Shown here: positions 26,552 to 37,639 of the stretch, piece after piece
How the letters are laid out: every line of letters begins with the position of its first letter
How positions within the stretch are numbered: the first letter of the stretch is position 1
Assembly (NCBI GenBank): GCA_000934665.2
Contig: KZ538193.1
Span: 124,001-188,000, forward strand
Length of the DNA stretch: 64,000 bases
Direction of reading: 5' to 3'
Origin: Catajapyx aquilonaris
Lineage: Eukaryota
Translations under genes and position numbers: made by a program
The notes under the pieces: model-generated
Database searches by the model: none
Told to the model about the DNA's origin: nothing
What the model saw: the letters and a program-made list of their open reading frames with translations, nothing else

Positions 26552-27364
26552 TCAATCAAGTATTTCAGGGTTTTCCTCCCAGAAGGAGCCATCGATTATG
26601 TCGCAGTGGCGCGAGAGAATTGTTGAGCGAGCTTTTCCTCCTCCGGGTGGAAGAACTTTCTTGCGGAACAGCACCGTCCCCTTGCGGTAAATCTCGGGCT
26701 CATTGTTGTAGTTGCAGCCAAACTTGGAGAATAGTATGTCGTGCTGATCCTTTTTACCGGTGCCACGGAGACGTTTCTCAGCCTGATGGTGTAAGAGTTG
26801 TTATTATTATGATACGTTTCAGCCATCAATCGCACTTACTCCTGCATGTGTTAACCCTCCTTGATTCACCAGTGCCCAGAACACAGTGTTGTATTGGTTG
26901 CTTATGTGGCAATCAACCTGCCGCCAGCTCAGATAATCCCTAATATCCGTATCAGTAGGGTACTCGACCACTCGTGCGTCAAACCCAGGCGGATACTGGA
27001 GCTTCACGTTGTCACCAAATTCAGAGTCCCAATGGAAAACGAAGGCGGAAGCGAACTGACTGCACAGATTGGTTTCAATTTTGGCTCGTCTCCGCTTGTA
27101 CAACTGAGCTTTCCGACTGAGTACGAAGCTGTACTCATCGCTCTGGCCGTATGCGATGCACACTTCTCTGTATTCCATCATTACTGTTTGGGCCGCCCGG
27201 GTCATGAGCTGCAAGCATCGTTGGTCGTTGGGTTTGTCCAAGCCATGCTGCTCGGAGAATCGATGGAAAGCACGGCCATCCACACGTACCGCCAGGAAGC
27301 AACCAGGGAGGCAGCGGGAATTGTTCTCGTACTCACGCACGCGCGCAAATACGCTATTTGCCAT
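26552..27364 (-). CDS. THG1L: tRNA(His) guanylyltransferase / Thg1-family 3'-5' polymerase, exons 27364-26840 and 26782-26552, 251 aa
   Basis: Motifs VRVDGRAFHRFS, KPND, AYGQSDEYSF, FDARVV, DYLSWRQVDCH, NYNNEPEIYRKGT and HCDII..FWEENPEIL. A 57-bp GTAAGT...CAG phase 0 intron restores the full frame. An acceptor upstream of the ATG suggests a 5'UTR intron. Confidence 0.93.
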
Positions 27365-28631
27365 GGTGCGTGACACAGACAGATGTTTCTGAAAATGAGC
27401 AAAAATGTAATTAACTGACATTGAGCATTTCTTCCAACATTTTCATACTGATTATTCTCGATTAATGTATTTTTGATGCCCCGTGTTAGAGCCTTTGCAG
27501 GTTGATTTTAAACCACTGTATGGTGCTGCACATGTACTTATCGCAATAATATTTACAATTGCAGCAATGTAATTTTGCAGACAGGTAGTATGATGCAACA
27601 TTGAATTTAACTCCGGTATCGTCCAAAATTCTTAATATAAAGCGATGCAAAATCGCGCAATTGTTCAGCACGAATACGTACGCAATTAATCGTCCAGTAT
27701 TTCTTTTTTTTGCAAAATATGTTTTTTCGCAATAATTTCCAGACAGAAACACGCGTGACATTTTCACGTGGAGGACGCCATCTTGGATTTATAGCAATAA
27801 TGCGATCACGTCGCGTTTGAAATTAGCCGTTATTTGGCACATTGCAAACGGGGCAAATTATACCTAATTAAATTAATGTAATCACGTTGCCACACACCGT
27901 GGTCATACTTTGGTTCATGTAGTTAAACTGCGACAGTGACGTCGTGCAATATATCACAGTTTTGGTACAGAAAAGTGATTGTCAATTCACTGCTATTGTA
28001 AAAAAAAGCGCTTAGTGAGCAGCAGTTAGTCGGTTTAATAATTATAATTAACTATTCTTAACATTATTAATTTGCCATCCACGTGCATTAAAACTAATTA
28101 CTTTGCACCTAATTGTGATAATCTGACGCTCAGAGTGCCATGTTTGGTGCAAATGAAGGACATGTTTGGTGCAAATGAAGGACATTTTTGCTGCTTACTG
28201 CTCTCGTTTCTGGGTAATTAATTTAATTTAACCACATTTGACACTTAAAATTGGTAACTGGATAATTACACATGAGCCCAAGAGTGTATACACAACGATA
28301 CGCAATAATGGAAAGTATTTTTCCTGCCTTAATAATTAGCCATCGTACTTTGCTGACTTGTGCTGCTTATTGTGTCTAGTTAATTAATTATTTTAATTAT
28401 CTTACTCTTAATGAGCCATTAGGTCGTGTCCAGTTGTGTATTAATTTATTAACTATCTTTACTCTCCATGGGCCGTTCAGCTGTGTCCAGTTAAGTGTTC
28501 ATTAAATTGCCTTATTCTCTCGGTGCGTCATTGTGCCAATTTCTTCAACCTTTTAAATGACAGTTAAAGTTAACTACAGTTAATCAACTGAAACTGCATT
28601 TTATTATTTTTATGATTCTATTTTTATTACA

Positions 28632-30408
28632 GGCGATAGTCGTACTCTACGAGAAGCTGGTAGTTCTTCTGAAGGTGTGGTTGCGTCAACGTGGATTGAA
28701 GGTTGGGTTTGGATGCGTGTCCGGATTCATAATCTCAATGTACGTCATGTACTTGGTTAGAACAAGGAAAGTCAACTCGTTAATGAGCAATTATCAGGTG
28801 GTACGTAACGTGTGGACCAACATTGCCGCAGCAGACTGGACGACTCGGGGCATAACTTGACGCCACGACGACAAAGACGGACCAGACGTCGCCGGGTTTC
28901 ACAAACACTACCAGGTCGCGTTTGTCGATTCATCTGGATGTTTGAATCTATGCGCAAATATGAGTCGCTGCACCTTCATGCAATTGAAGGACAAAGCGAC
29001 TAGAGTGGCGGGATGATCCCGAAGCAGTTGGACGCGTGAAAGCCGCCTTTTATCTGGAGAAAACCAAGCATTTCCGTAGTGGACATGTTGCTGCCCAGAC
29101 GCATCAAGACCACCTGGAGGTTCTTCCTGGTGGATACATTTTCCATATTTGGGTTGCGTACCATCGGGAATAGATCCTGCTGCGGACTCGAACTACGCTG
29201 GACAGCTCCAAAGAAGTTGTTCCCATCCTTCAAGAGCCAAAGGTGCTGAAACTTGAGTAAGAAACAGTGCTGAAACCAAGGCTCGGTGCCGCACTTCAAG
29301 GAGTTGGCCAGCGTTTTGGGGCTTTCGGACCGTCCTGTGCATTGGCCAAATGTTGGATCCAAGCACATCTTTTCGGAGGGCATGTGTCTGACCAGTACGT
29401 CAAATTGCTGATAGCTCGGACCTTCTTGCACCCAGCATCGTACGTGTCCCCATTCCAGCCGCAGATGACTCTAATGAGGCTTCTCTGCCTGATTGCCGTC
29501 ACTGACAGGAATGTGACGCCACGAGTCGCCAACTGGAATGACGATCTGTCAAGTAAGTACCCAGTTGGAAGTATTGTTCTCATGCTAACATTTTAATTGT
29601 TTGCAGAGGAAGACTGCAGCGGTGTGCGCAACCATTTTGTGGAGAACAGATCCACCTATCCACCGATGTTCATCGCAACTCCGGTGGACCACACCGAGTC
29701 TATATCTGGACCCATGACATGCCCAAAGTGATTCTGGTCCGGCTCATTCAACTGGCCCTGAAGTTGCTTGGAGTACTGGAGTCACAGCTGGAAATGTTCA
29801 ACTGCAAGACCAACTTCAAACAGATCTTCCGCACTCTTCTTGATCCGTAGGATGTTGTAATCAACCTTAGACCATACTGGCTGCCCAGGAGGTTCCAGGG
29901 GATCGATGCGACTAAGGGAGAGTATGAAGGGAAAGGCTGGAGGGAACCGGAAAAAGGAGAGACGCAGGTGATGCCTCCCGTCAAGTTCGATCCCGTCCAG
30001 TGCTACCTCAGAGAGTTGCGGGCCGGCTTTGGGCATCTGGCACTATTTTTTCATGACAAGTTTGGCGGGAAGATCATCGGAGTTGTGTGGAAACAAAATG
30101 TTTGCAAGGAGGCAGAGTTTAAGGTCAGTATTTTACTGTACAATTCCTGTCGTATGTATCTGCAAATAATCATAATACAATGGGAACAAGTGATGTGTAT
30201 GAACTAGTGCCCAAAAAAGTATATTTGAATTCCCAGTACATGTAACAATATAAATCATTTCAGGTAAACGAGATGCAAGCGAAGATGATCTCATCTTTTA
30301 ACAACAAGAAGGCGAAGGCTGTCCCCAATTACGATCCAGGATTTCCGCATCATTGGAGATAGTCTTGTTCGTACAATTGACATTCACTTGGAATGGTGGA
30401 CAGTCTGA
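28632..30408 (+). pseudogene. NOL6: Unprocessed NOL6 pseudogene (3' part)
   Basis: Colinear with about 19330-19700 and about 20728-22180 of intact NOL6, with a deletion of about 1 kb between them. Introns 4 and 5 are retained. Contains in-frame stops (e.g. TAG at 29171 and 29848) and frameshifts. Confidence 0.95.
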
Positions 30409-31548
30409 TTAAATTTTTGATTCAACCGGATTTATTTCAATTGCGCCTTCCTCTTCCATCTTTTTAATATCCGAAGCTGAGTAGCCCATCTCCAGCAGGA
30501 TCTCCCGAGTGTGCTGTCCAACTTGCAATGGTGTTGATGGAATTTTAGCTTCGCCTGGGGTTGCACTCAGTTGCGGTGCTGGCACTGGTTCGTACTGGTC
30601 ATGCACACCCTTGACAAAAGCATTTCGGTGCTTTGAAAGAGGGTGTTCGGCCGCTTCGTTCGTCGTAAGCACAGGCTGAACGCATGCGTCTGTATCTCCG
30701 AAAATCTTGGTCCATTCATCTCGTGTCTTTTCCTTAAATCTCGCTGCCACCTTCGCCTTCTCCGCAGCAAAGTCGGCCATTTGCGGCATCTCATCCTCAG
30801 TAAATCCCAGCCCGGCCAGAAACTGGCTGTAAAACTGCGGTTCTAATGCGCCAACCGACATGTGCCCGCCGTCCTTAGTTTCATACACATCATAAAAGTG
30901 TGTACCAGTATCCAAGAAGTTATGACCTCTCGGAGCAGCGAACAGGTAATCGCCCTGGTGCGCAAACAGGAAGCTGCTGACATACGCCGCTCCTTCGACC
31001 ATTGACGAATCTACGACCTGCCCTTGACCTGATTTGGTCCGGTGGAAAAGGGCTAAGAGTATGCCCAAAGCGCATGTTAACCCACCGCCAGCAAAATCAG
31101 CCAGGAGGTTAACAGGTGGTGTTGGATTAGATCCGGCGCGACCAAGCAGCGAGAGTACGCCTGACATCGCAACGTAATTAATATCATGGCCTGCCCGATC
31201 TTTGAGCGGTCCGGTCTGTCCGAACCCAGTCAGTCTTGCGTATACCAGCCGAGGATTCTTGGCCATCAGTTCGCGAGGTCCGAGCCCCAGCCGTTCCATA
31301 ACCCCAGGTCGGAATGGCTCGATCAGCACGTCCGCATTGGCGCACAGCTTCGATACGACCGAGAGTCCAGCAGGCGACTTGAGGTTGACAGCGACGGACC
31401 GCTTCCCTCGGTTCAGGCGGTCCTGGTTGCCATGAGCCACCCTGTCCACACGCAGCACAGACGCACCAAAGTCGCTCAGGATCATCCCGCAGAAAGGGGC
31501 CGGAGCCAGCCCAGCCATCTCCACAACCTTTACGCCCTTCAGCGCCAT
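30409..31548 (-). CDS. AMACR: Alpha-methylacyl-CoA racemase (CaiB/BaiF CoA-transferase family III), single coding exon, 379 aa
   Basis: MALKGVKVVEMAGLAPAPFCGMILSDFGA, LIEPFRPGVMERLGLGP, AGHDINY (catalytic His) and NLLADFAGGG (catalytic Asp). C-terminal SKI is a PTS1-like signal. Acceptor ttgcag just upstream of the ATG indicates a 5'UTR intron. Confidence 0.96.
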   Translation of the reverse strand: MALKGVKVVEMAGLAPAPFCGMILSDFGASVLRVDRVAHGNQDRLNRGKRSVAVNLKSPAGLSVVSKLCANADVLIEPFRPGVMERLGLGPRELMAKNPRLVYARLTGFGQTGPLKDRAGHDINYVAMSGVLSLLGRAGSNPTPPVNLLADFAGGGLTCALGILLALFHRTKSGQGQVVDSSMVEGAAYVSSFLFAHQGDYLFAAPRGHNFLDTGTHFYDVYETKDGGHMSVGALEPQFYSQFLAGLGFTEDEMPQMADFAAEKAKVAARFKEKTRDEWTKIFGDTDACVQPVLTTNEAAEHPLSKHRNAFVKGVHDQYEPVPAPQLSATPGEAKIPSTPLQVGQHTREILLEMGYSASDIKKMEEEGAIEINPVESKI

Positions 31549-31699
31549 CACCTGCAATGTCAAGCGAAAATTAGCCACAAGATAACGTAATTTCAGGCGT
31601 TTCAAGTTGTGCAAAATTTAACTTCAAAAACTAATGAATCTTACGTACAGTATATGAGGAAAAGTTTGTCTGTTATTACCACTAACCACATGGCAATGC

Positions 31700-32309
31700 C
31701 AAATCCCTGATTTTTATGCTGTACTTTCAGGAAGCCGGCTCTTCACACGGTTGCCATGGAATATATCGTAGCAACCGATTGCCATGGAAGTACAAAAACA
31801 CCAAACTTTCTCCTATGAATGATCTCATAGCAACTGGTTGCAATGGTCAAACAAACCAATCAGCAGATTATTAGGCAGCAGCTTGCCCATTATGAATGAA
31901 CTCATAGCAACTGGTTGCAACAGTATAACCCATGGACAACTTGGGGCCATGGACTGAATACATAAAGTACATAAAGATTAATAATTAATAATGATTAAAC
32001 GTACAGAGAAATGTGCGTTAAACTGTGCTCTTTGTCCAGTAGTCGTACTGCAAGTATGTGAGTGCAACTTGTTCAGAAAATATCTCTCGCGCGATAAGGC
32101 CGGCAAGGACATGGTGAGGAAACATGTCCCTATAAATTTGTTCCGCAATATTTTAGAATTATATCGTAAATAATTTCAAATTTTCATAAATCAAAATAAA
32201 ATAATTGTGACCCTGATTGGTGTCGCCGACTGGTGGCCAGCCGTGGAAGTCTTCCTTGAGTTGGCCACGAGATGTCTCTAGCGTCGCATCGCAATAGGCG
32301 GCATCCAAG
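31700..32309. promoter_or_regulatory. Probable bidirectional promoter shared by AMACR and RBM8A, with clustered RFX X-box-like half sites and a CCAAT box
   Basis: The two genes are head-to-head with start codons about 760 bp apart. Contains gttgccatgg (31750), tagcaac (x3) and a 30-bp direct repeat at 31814-31843 and 31891-31920. Confidence 0.6.
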
Positions 32310-34355
32310 ATGGCGGACGTTCTGGACATCGAGAATGCGGAGGAGTTCGAGGTAGACGACGAAGGAGACCGTGAGTAGGGCTTCTTGGAGGGGAGGAGAG
32401 CACTGGACGGATTCTGCGGAGTCTGGAGCACAGTTTGAGCCCACATTTGTGGAGGAGGGCCGTTTGCCTGATGCGTGTTCCTCCATTCATTCCGCAGAGG
32501 GCATAGCCCGGCTGAAGGAGAAGGCGAAGAAGAGGAAGGGAAGAGGGTTCGGAGCGGACAACCCGACCAGGGACGAGGTCAGGGAGTACGAGTCCGTCGA
32601 TCCGGATGGGGACGGGAAGGAACCAGGACCGCAGCGGTGTAAGTATACGTGAAGGACAAAAGCAGGGGGAAATGCAAGTCGCAGGCTTAGTTGCTCCATA
32701 CATTCCCAATAGAGTGTGTCGGTACCATAAATGTCTCCTGATAGACTGGAAGAATCATCATATCTCAAGTCTAGTTTAGAAAACTTACATTTCTAACAGA
32801 TCTTGCAAGAAAGTCGCTCCCGATATGAAAAATTGAATGTTGGTTTTTAAATATGTTCTCCGAGTAATGAAAACGTGGCTTTAAAATTGAGAATTAGCCA
32901 TTTTTGTGCATTTCAAATAGCCACAGAAGTAGCCAGGGACATGCATTAATTTTAATTCTAGCGTGTATGGCAATTTCAGCTGATGGCCCATTTTTCTACG
33001 TACATATTCCTCACAGATAATAATTCTAGTATAATTAAAAATGGACAGAAGAGTGATTGCCCATTGTAAGGCCCCATTTACATTGTCGACTGTCTGCAGC
33101 AGGCATTCCTTCTTAAACACAAATTAGGGCAGGCTTTATTTCCTTTCGACTGGGAGGCTCTCCACTCAGGATGTCTGATTGATGGAGCGCCTGCGCACTG
33201 CAAACAGTCGCTTCGACTAAGTCATCAATGTAAACAGGGCCCAATACCCTGTTTGAGTTGTTGCTACATTATTCACATGTCCATGATTTGATGTTTCAGT
33301 GACCAATAGATGAGGGCCATACTTACAGTATATTGATTTAGAGTTAATTTTTGTGCAACAAATACAGGTCGGCAGAAAGTCACACATTATCGATAAAAAC
33401 CTCCTGGAACCACTGGTGTGGCTGCCTCTCCAATCTCTTCAAGAACCATTTTTGGAGGTGCGGCGTACCCACTCCCGCACAACTGCTCGCAGTTCAACAA
33501 TGTCCTTAAAATAGCTTCTGTGCAGGGGGTTTTTCACGGCTCTGAACAGGTGAAAGTCACTGGGGGCCAGGTCAGGGAGTACGATTGGTGTGGAAACACT
33601 TGGAACCCAGACTTGGCAATGGCAGCCATTATTTCTCCTGGCTCGTGTGGGACCACGTGTTGTCATGATGCAAGAACACACCTTTCACCCATTTCCCTGT
33701 CTCTCTTTTCTGGGTGGCACACCACAAGCTAAGGAGGGTCACCATGTATGTGGGGCTGTTGATGGTAGTGGCTGGTTCCAGCCAGTCAATGAGAATGATG
33801 CCCTCCATGTCCCAATACACCATGGCCATGCACTGATAGGATGCCATGTCGAGGACATTGTTGAACTGCGAGCAGTTGTCTGGGATTGGGTGTCTGGCAC
33901 ACCTCCAAAATGCAGTTCCTGGAGGGCCTGGAGAGGCTTCCACACCCATGGTGCCAGTGTATTTGGCTCCAGGAGGATTCTAATGAGTAATGATGTGTGC
34001 CTGTCGGCCAACTTGTGTAGGCCCTCTATTTGTAGAAAAAAAATATTGTAAATCAGTACATACAACTGGAAAAATTGGCCATGATCTATATAGTCAGTAG
34101 CAGAGGGCGACACAGTGGCGGAGTGGTTAGCGCCACAGCCTTCCACCTCTAAGGTCCTGAGTTCGATCCCCGGGTCGGATGGAGGATACTTATATGGATA
34201 GGGTTTTGATGGGTTCTCTCCGTGCTTGCGTGAGTTTTTTCGGGGTTCTCCCGTTTCCTCCCGCAATCAAAATCCATCACAGTGCAGGGAATTATTAAAG
34301 ACGGTTGACGAAAAGATGATCCCCTAAGATGCCCAAGAAGGCCTATCACAGGGTA

Positions 34356-34438
<83 letters not shown>

Positions 34439-36900
34439 TATTTACACATGATTAGCCTATTCATCACTACTTCTCACGGAACCCCTGGCTATTGGTTGTG
34501 GAACCCCAGTTGAGAAACCTTGGTCTCTACCATCATCATAAGAATAAAAATACCAATTCTGGCACATTTCTAGCACCTGTGCTCATTTCAAATTCGAATA
34601 TTTCAACTCTTGAGGCCAGGTTTACACTATGCAAGGAACAGATATTTAAGGGCCTGGCCACACTTGGCGGAATCTCCGCGACAAAAATTCTGTCGTGGTT
34701 TGATTTTGCAACGTTTTGTCACGCAGAATTTCCATTGACCGGGCTGCCACCCTGCGGCCCTTTCAGCTACCAATCCCCCTGGTTTCCATGCCATCGAACC
34801 CGCTTTTTCTGTCGGTAGTGTAGCATTCGCCCGGCGAAATCAATGTAATGCAGTGGGACTATTGTCCCCGATGGAAAACTGAGCCAATTTTTTCAGCTGT
34901 GTCTTCGGCTGGTGCTCGACGGAACGACGGAAAAACCATTGTGTCTCGTCCCGACGGAATCCCATTTCCTACCATGTGTTTGATTTTTTTGAGCAGACTG
35001 CAACGGAAATTCCGTCCCGGAAATTCCGCCTGGTGTGGCAAGGGCCTAAGAAAAAACTGAGCTTTGCTTTTCCATCTAGCATTAGAAGGGTCATTCAAAT
35101 GAAAAAGAGCCAAGGCCACAGAAAATATACGAATGGGTTTACTCTGGGCATCGCCTCCCTAAAACGAAGGTTGCGGCACTGGAGTGTTATGATGCCCTGA
35201 CAGGGGCGCTTCCATCATGTGACAGAATGGTTGTGTGCCTTGGGCCTTTGTTTAGGACCCCCTGTCGACCGTCCAGTCAGATAAGGACGCAAGGAACATT
35301 GAGCGGCTTGCAGCTGTCTGTTTTTGAACCACTGAAGGTGTCATGAGTATAGAAATCCATCGCCTCATGAGTACCATGAATGAAAACTGCATGTCTTCGT
35401 CACATGTTAACGCCTGGAGGAAGTGGTTTGCATGTCCTAGCCTGGAATAACCTGGAAATGACGACAGCCCCCTCATGGAATGGCTTAGTCCAAGCTACAG
35501 CACGTAGCAAAGACGTGCCATTTTCATACTTGTTACTTATACTGCGATGAATTTCAGTATTCCTGACGCCTCAAAACCGGATTACCACAAGGTGCTCTAT
35601 GTTTCTTGCTTCCATATATGACTGGATAGTCTATTTGATAGGGGTCCTGAACAGAGGCACACTACATATTGGGTCACATCATAGAATCACCACCTGTCAG
35701 TGTGTCATAACACTACACTGGTTCCACCTTCATCTTGTGTTGAAGATGCCATAAGAAACCCTCAGCAATTTACTAAAAATAACCTGGTTCATTTTCATTG
35801 GTATGACCCTTGTATTAGGAGGAACTTTCAGCAAAATTTGTCATTCCTTACAACAAAATCAATCCTGGAAGAAATCCATTATTTTTGGGGACACCATTCT
35901 TTTGTGTGTGTGTGTGTGTGCAGTGCATGACAATTAATTATATCTGAAGCTGAAAACAGTTATTTTTGGGTAGGATACGTTAATGAGGTTTGGAGGTCGC
36001 CATCATGGTGAAATTGGGAAGTCACTATGAGCAACATATTTTGATTGGATTTTTTTTTATTCAAGGGGTGAAAAATGCTGATGTCGGCAAAATGTGTTTG
36101 GGGCTCATTTTTGATACCCTTTGCGTTTAGAAGATGCAATTTTTTGTTAGTGCAACAATGAAAAAAGCCACAGAGAAACTGCCTTACTTTGCATTGGAAA
36201 TATTTCTGTAGTGTATTTTAAAAACTACTGATGGAGCATATTTCCTTGCAGTCCAGCTACTGTAAGGACATGTATGTGGAAATAGGGCACTCATAAACAT
36301 GCATGTGAAACTACATTGCTGGCTTACTGTATGGTGGATGATGAAACCAAAGTTTATGAAGCTGCGGAAAGTCCATTATCATCGATCATTTAATAGCGAA
36401 TTTTGCAAGCAGATTTTATTGAGGCAACAAAACATTTTGAAATTTATATAATGCAGGTGACAGGGGATTAGATACTGGAATTCTTTTTAATTGTCTTTTC
36501 CGGCTCTTGCATCATGATTTCTTTTTACCTTTCAGCGGTGGAGGGTTGGATCCTGTTTGTGACAGGGGTGAACGAAGAGGCACAGGAGGATGATATCCAT
36601 GATAAGTTTCTGGAGTATGGAGACATAAAGAACCTGCACCTGAACCTTGACCGAAGGACTGGGTTCCTGAAGGGTTATGCTCTGGTGGAGTATGAGACCT
36701 TCACGGAGGCAGAGGCGGCCAGGGGAGCCCTCAACGGAACTGACATCCTTGGGCAGACCATATCCGTTGACTGGAGCTTTGTCCAGGGACCCAAAAAGTG
36801 AGTTCATATTTTGTAAGAGTCGATCTCTTCATTTTAAAGATACCAATAATTGCTTTTGTGATTCAGGGTCAAGAGCAGCCGGAGGAGTCGGAGGCGATGA
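32310..36900 (+). CDS. RBM8A: RNA-binding protein 8A (Y14/tsunagi, exon junction complex), exons 32310-32370, 32498-32638, 36536-36797, 36867-36900, 165 aa
   Basis: [39 protein letters not shown]...[18 protein letters not shown]...[18 protein letters not shown]...[11 protein letters not shown]. All splice sites are canonical and phase-consistent. Confidence 0.97.
33328..34062 (-). mobile_element. Degenerate mariner transposon derivative in RBM8A intron 2
   Basis: Transposase remnants [29 protein letters not shown] and [11 protein letters not shown]. Long imperfect inverted arms at about 33328-33507 and about 33852-34062. Confidence 0.85.
34105..34438 (+). mobile_element. tRNA-derived SINE with a V/Meta-like central domain and a (CAT)n tail
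   Basis: A box TGGCGGAGTGG (34116), B box GAGTTCGATCC (34159), central ctccgtgcttgcgtgagttttttcggggttctcccgtttcctcccgca, and a 3' (CAT)n microsatellite tail. Confidence 0.85.
34650..35046. mobile_element. PIF/Harbinger-type MITE
   Basis: Imperfect TIRs gggcctggccacacttggcggaat / attccgcctggtgtggcaagggcc, with TAA on both sides. Confidence 0.7.
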
Positions 36901-37639
36901 TTTTCTTTACCATCAGATGTTTCTTTTCCCCCTTTTTATCCCATTTGTGAAAGTCCAAAACACATATTGCCTTCCTAAAATTCCTTACAATTTTTTTTTT
37001 TTAAAAAAATGTATTCAGGTCAAGTTTGATGAAACACGTAGTGTAGATATATCTTTTGTATTTTCTGTTCGAAATAAAGAAGGCATCCATGTGGTTTGTA
37101 ATTAAAATAGTTGGGAAGTCCGAGGTTGAATGCACCAGCATGAGACCCTGAAAATCTCAATTTGCGTACCTCTGAGATCATGCCCTGTGTGTGTGTGAAC
37201 CCGGTTTTTAAATTGTTAAAGCCCCCAAAAAATGGCAAAAATTACAGTACAATGGCTACGTCAGTTTGCATCAGTTCTAACAGGCCATTTGTTCCCTAAT
37301 GTTTTCAACATCGCATCTAATTTTGATAATGGCTCTAACTGCTTTCAGTGACAGTCTGCTCACAGTAACTGACTATTATATTATATAATATGCGGTATAT
37401 AAATATTTTATATATGGTATCTGCTTGAAAGGACAGGTTTGATTAGTGTGTTTCCCAGGCGGTAGATGCCACTGGGGTTGCAGTCCGCATTGGACCCTTG
37501 TCCGTTTTAGTTCCTTCCCCTCCCGCCAGACGGTTTCCCGCGCATTCAAAATGGCTGTCCAAGCGCCAGATTGGCCTTATTGATTATGTTCGGCTCTCCG
37601 GGAGGAGGAGGGATATAAGGTTAGGGAGGTTTTGCGGGG

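Noticed and set aside
31549..31614. N-terminal extension of AMACR (401-aa ORF)
   Set aside because: It begins at a non-ATG codon and crosses a ttgcag acceptor; homologues begin at MAL.G.
34105..34178. tRNA gene
   Set aside because: A and B boxes are present, but the acceptor stem is imperfect and the sequence runs straight into a SINE body and (CAT)n tail with no poly-T terminator.
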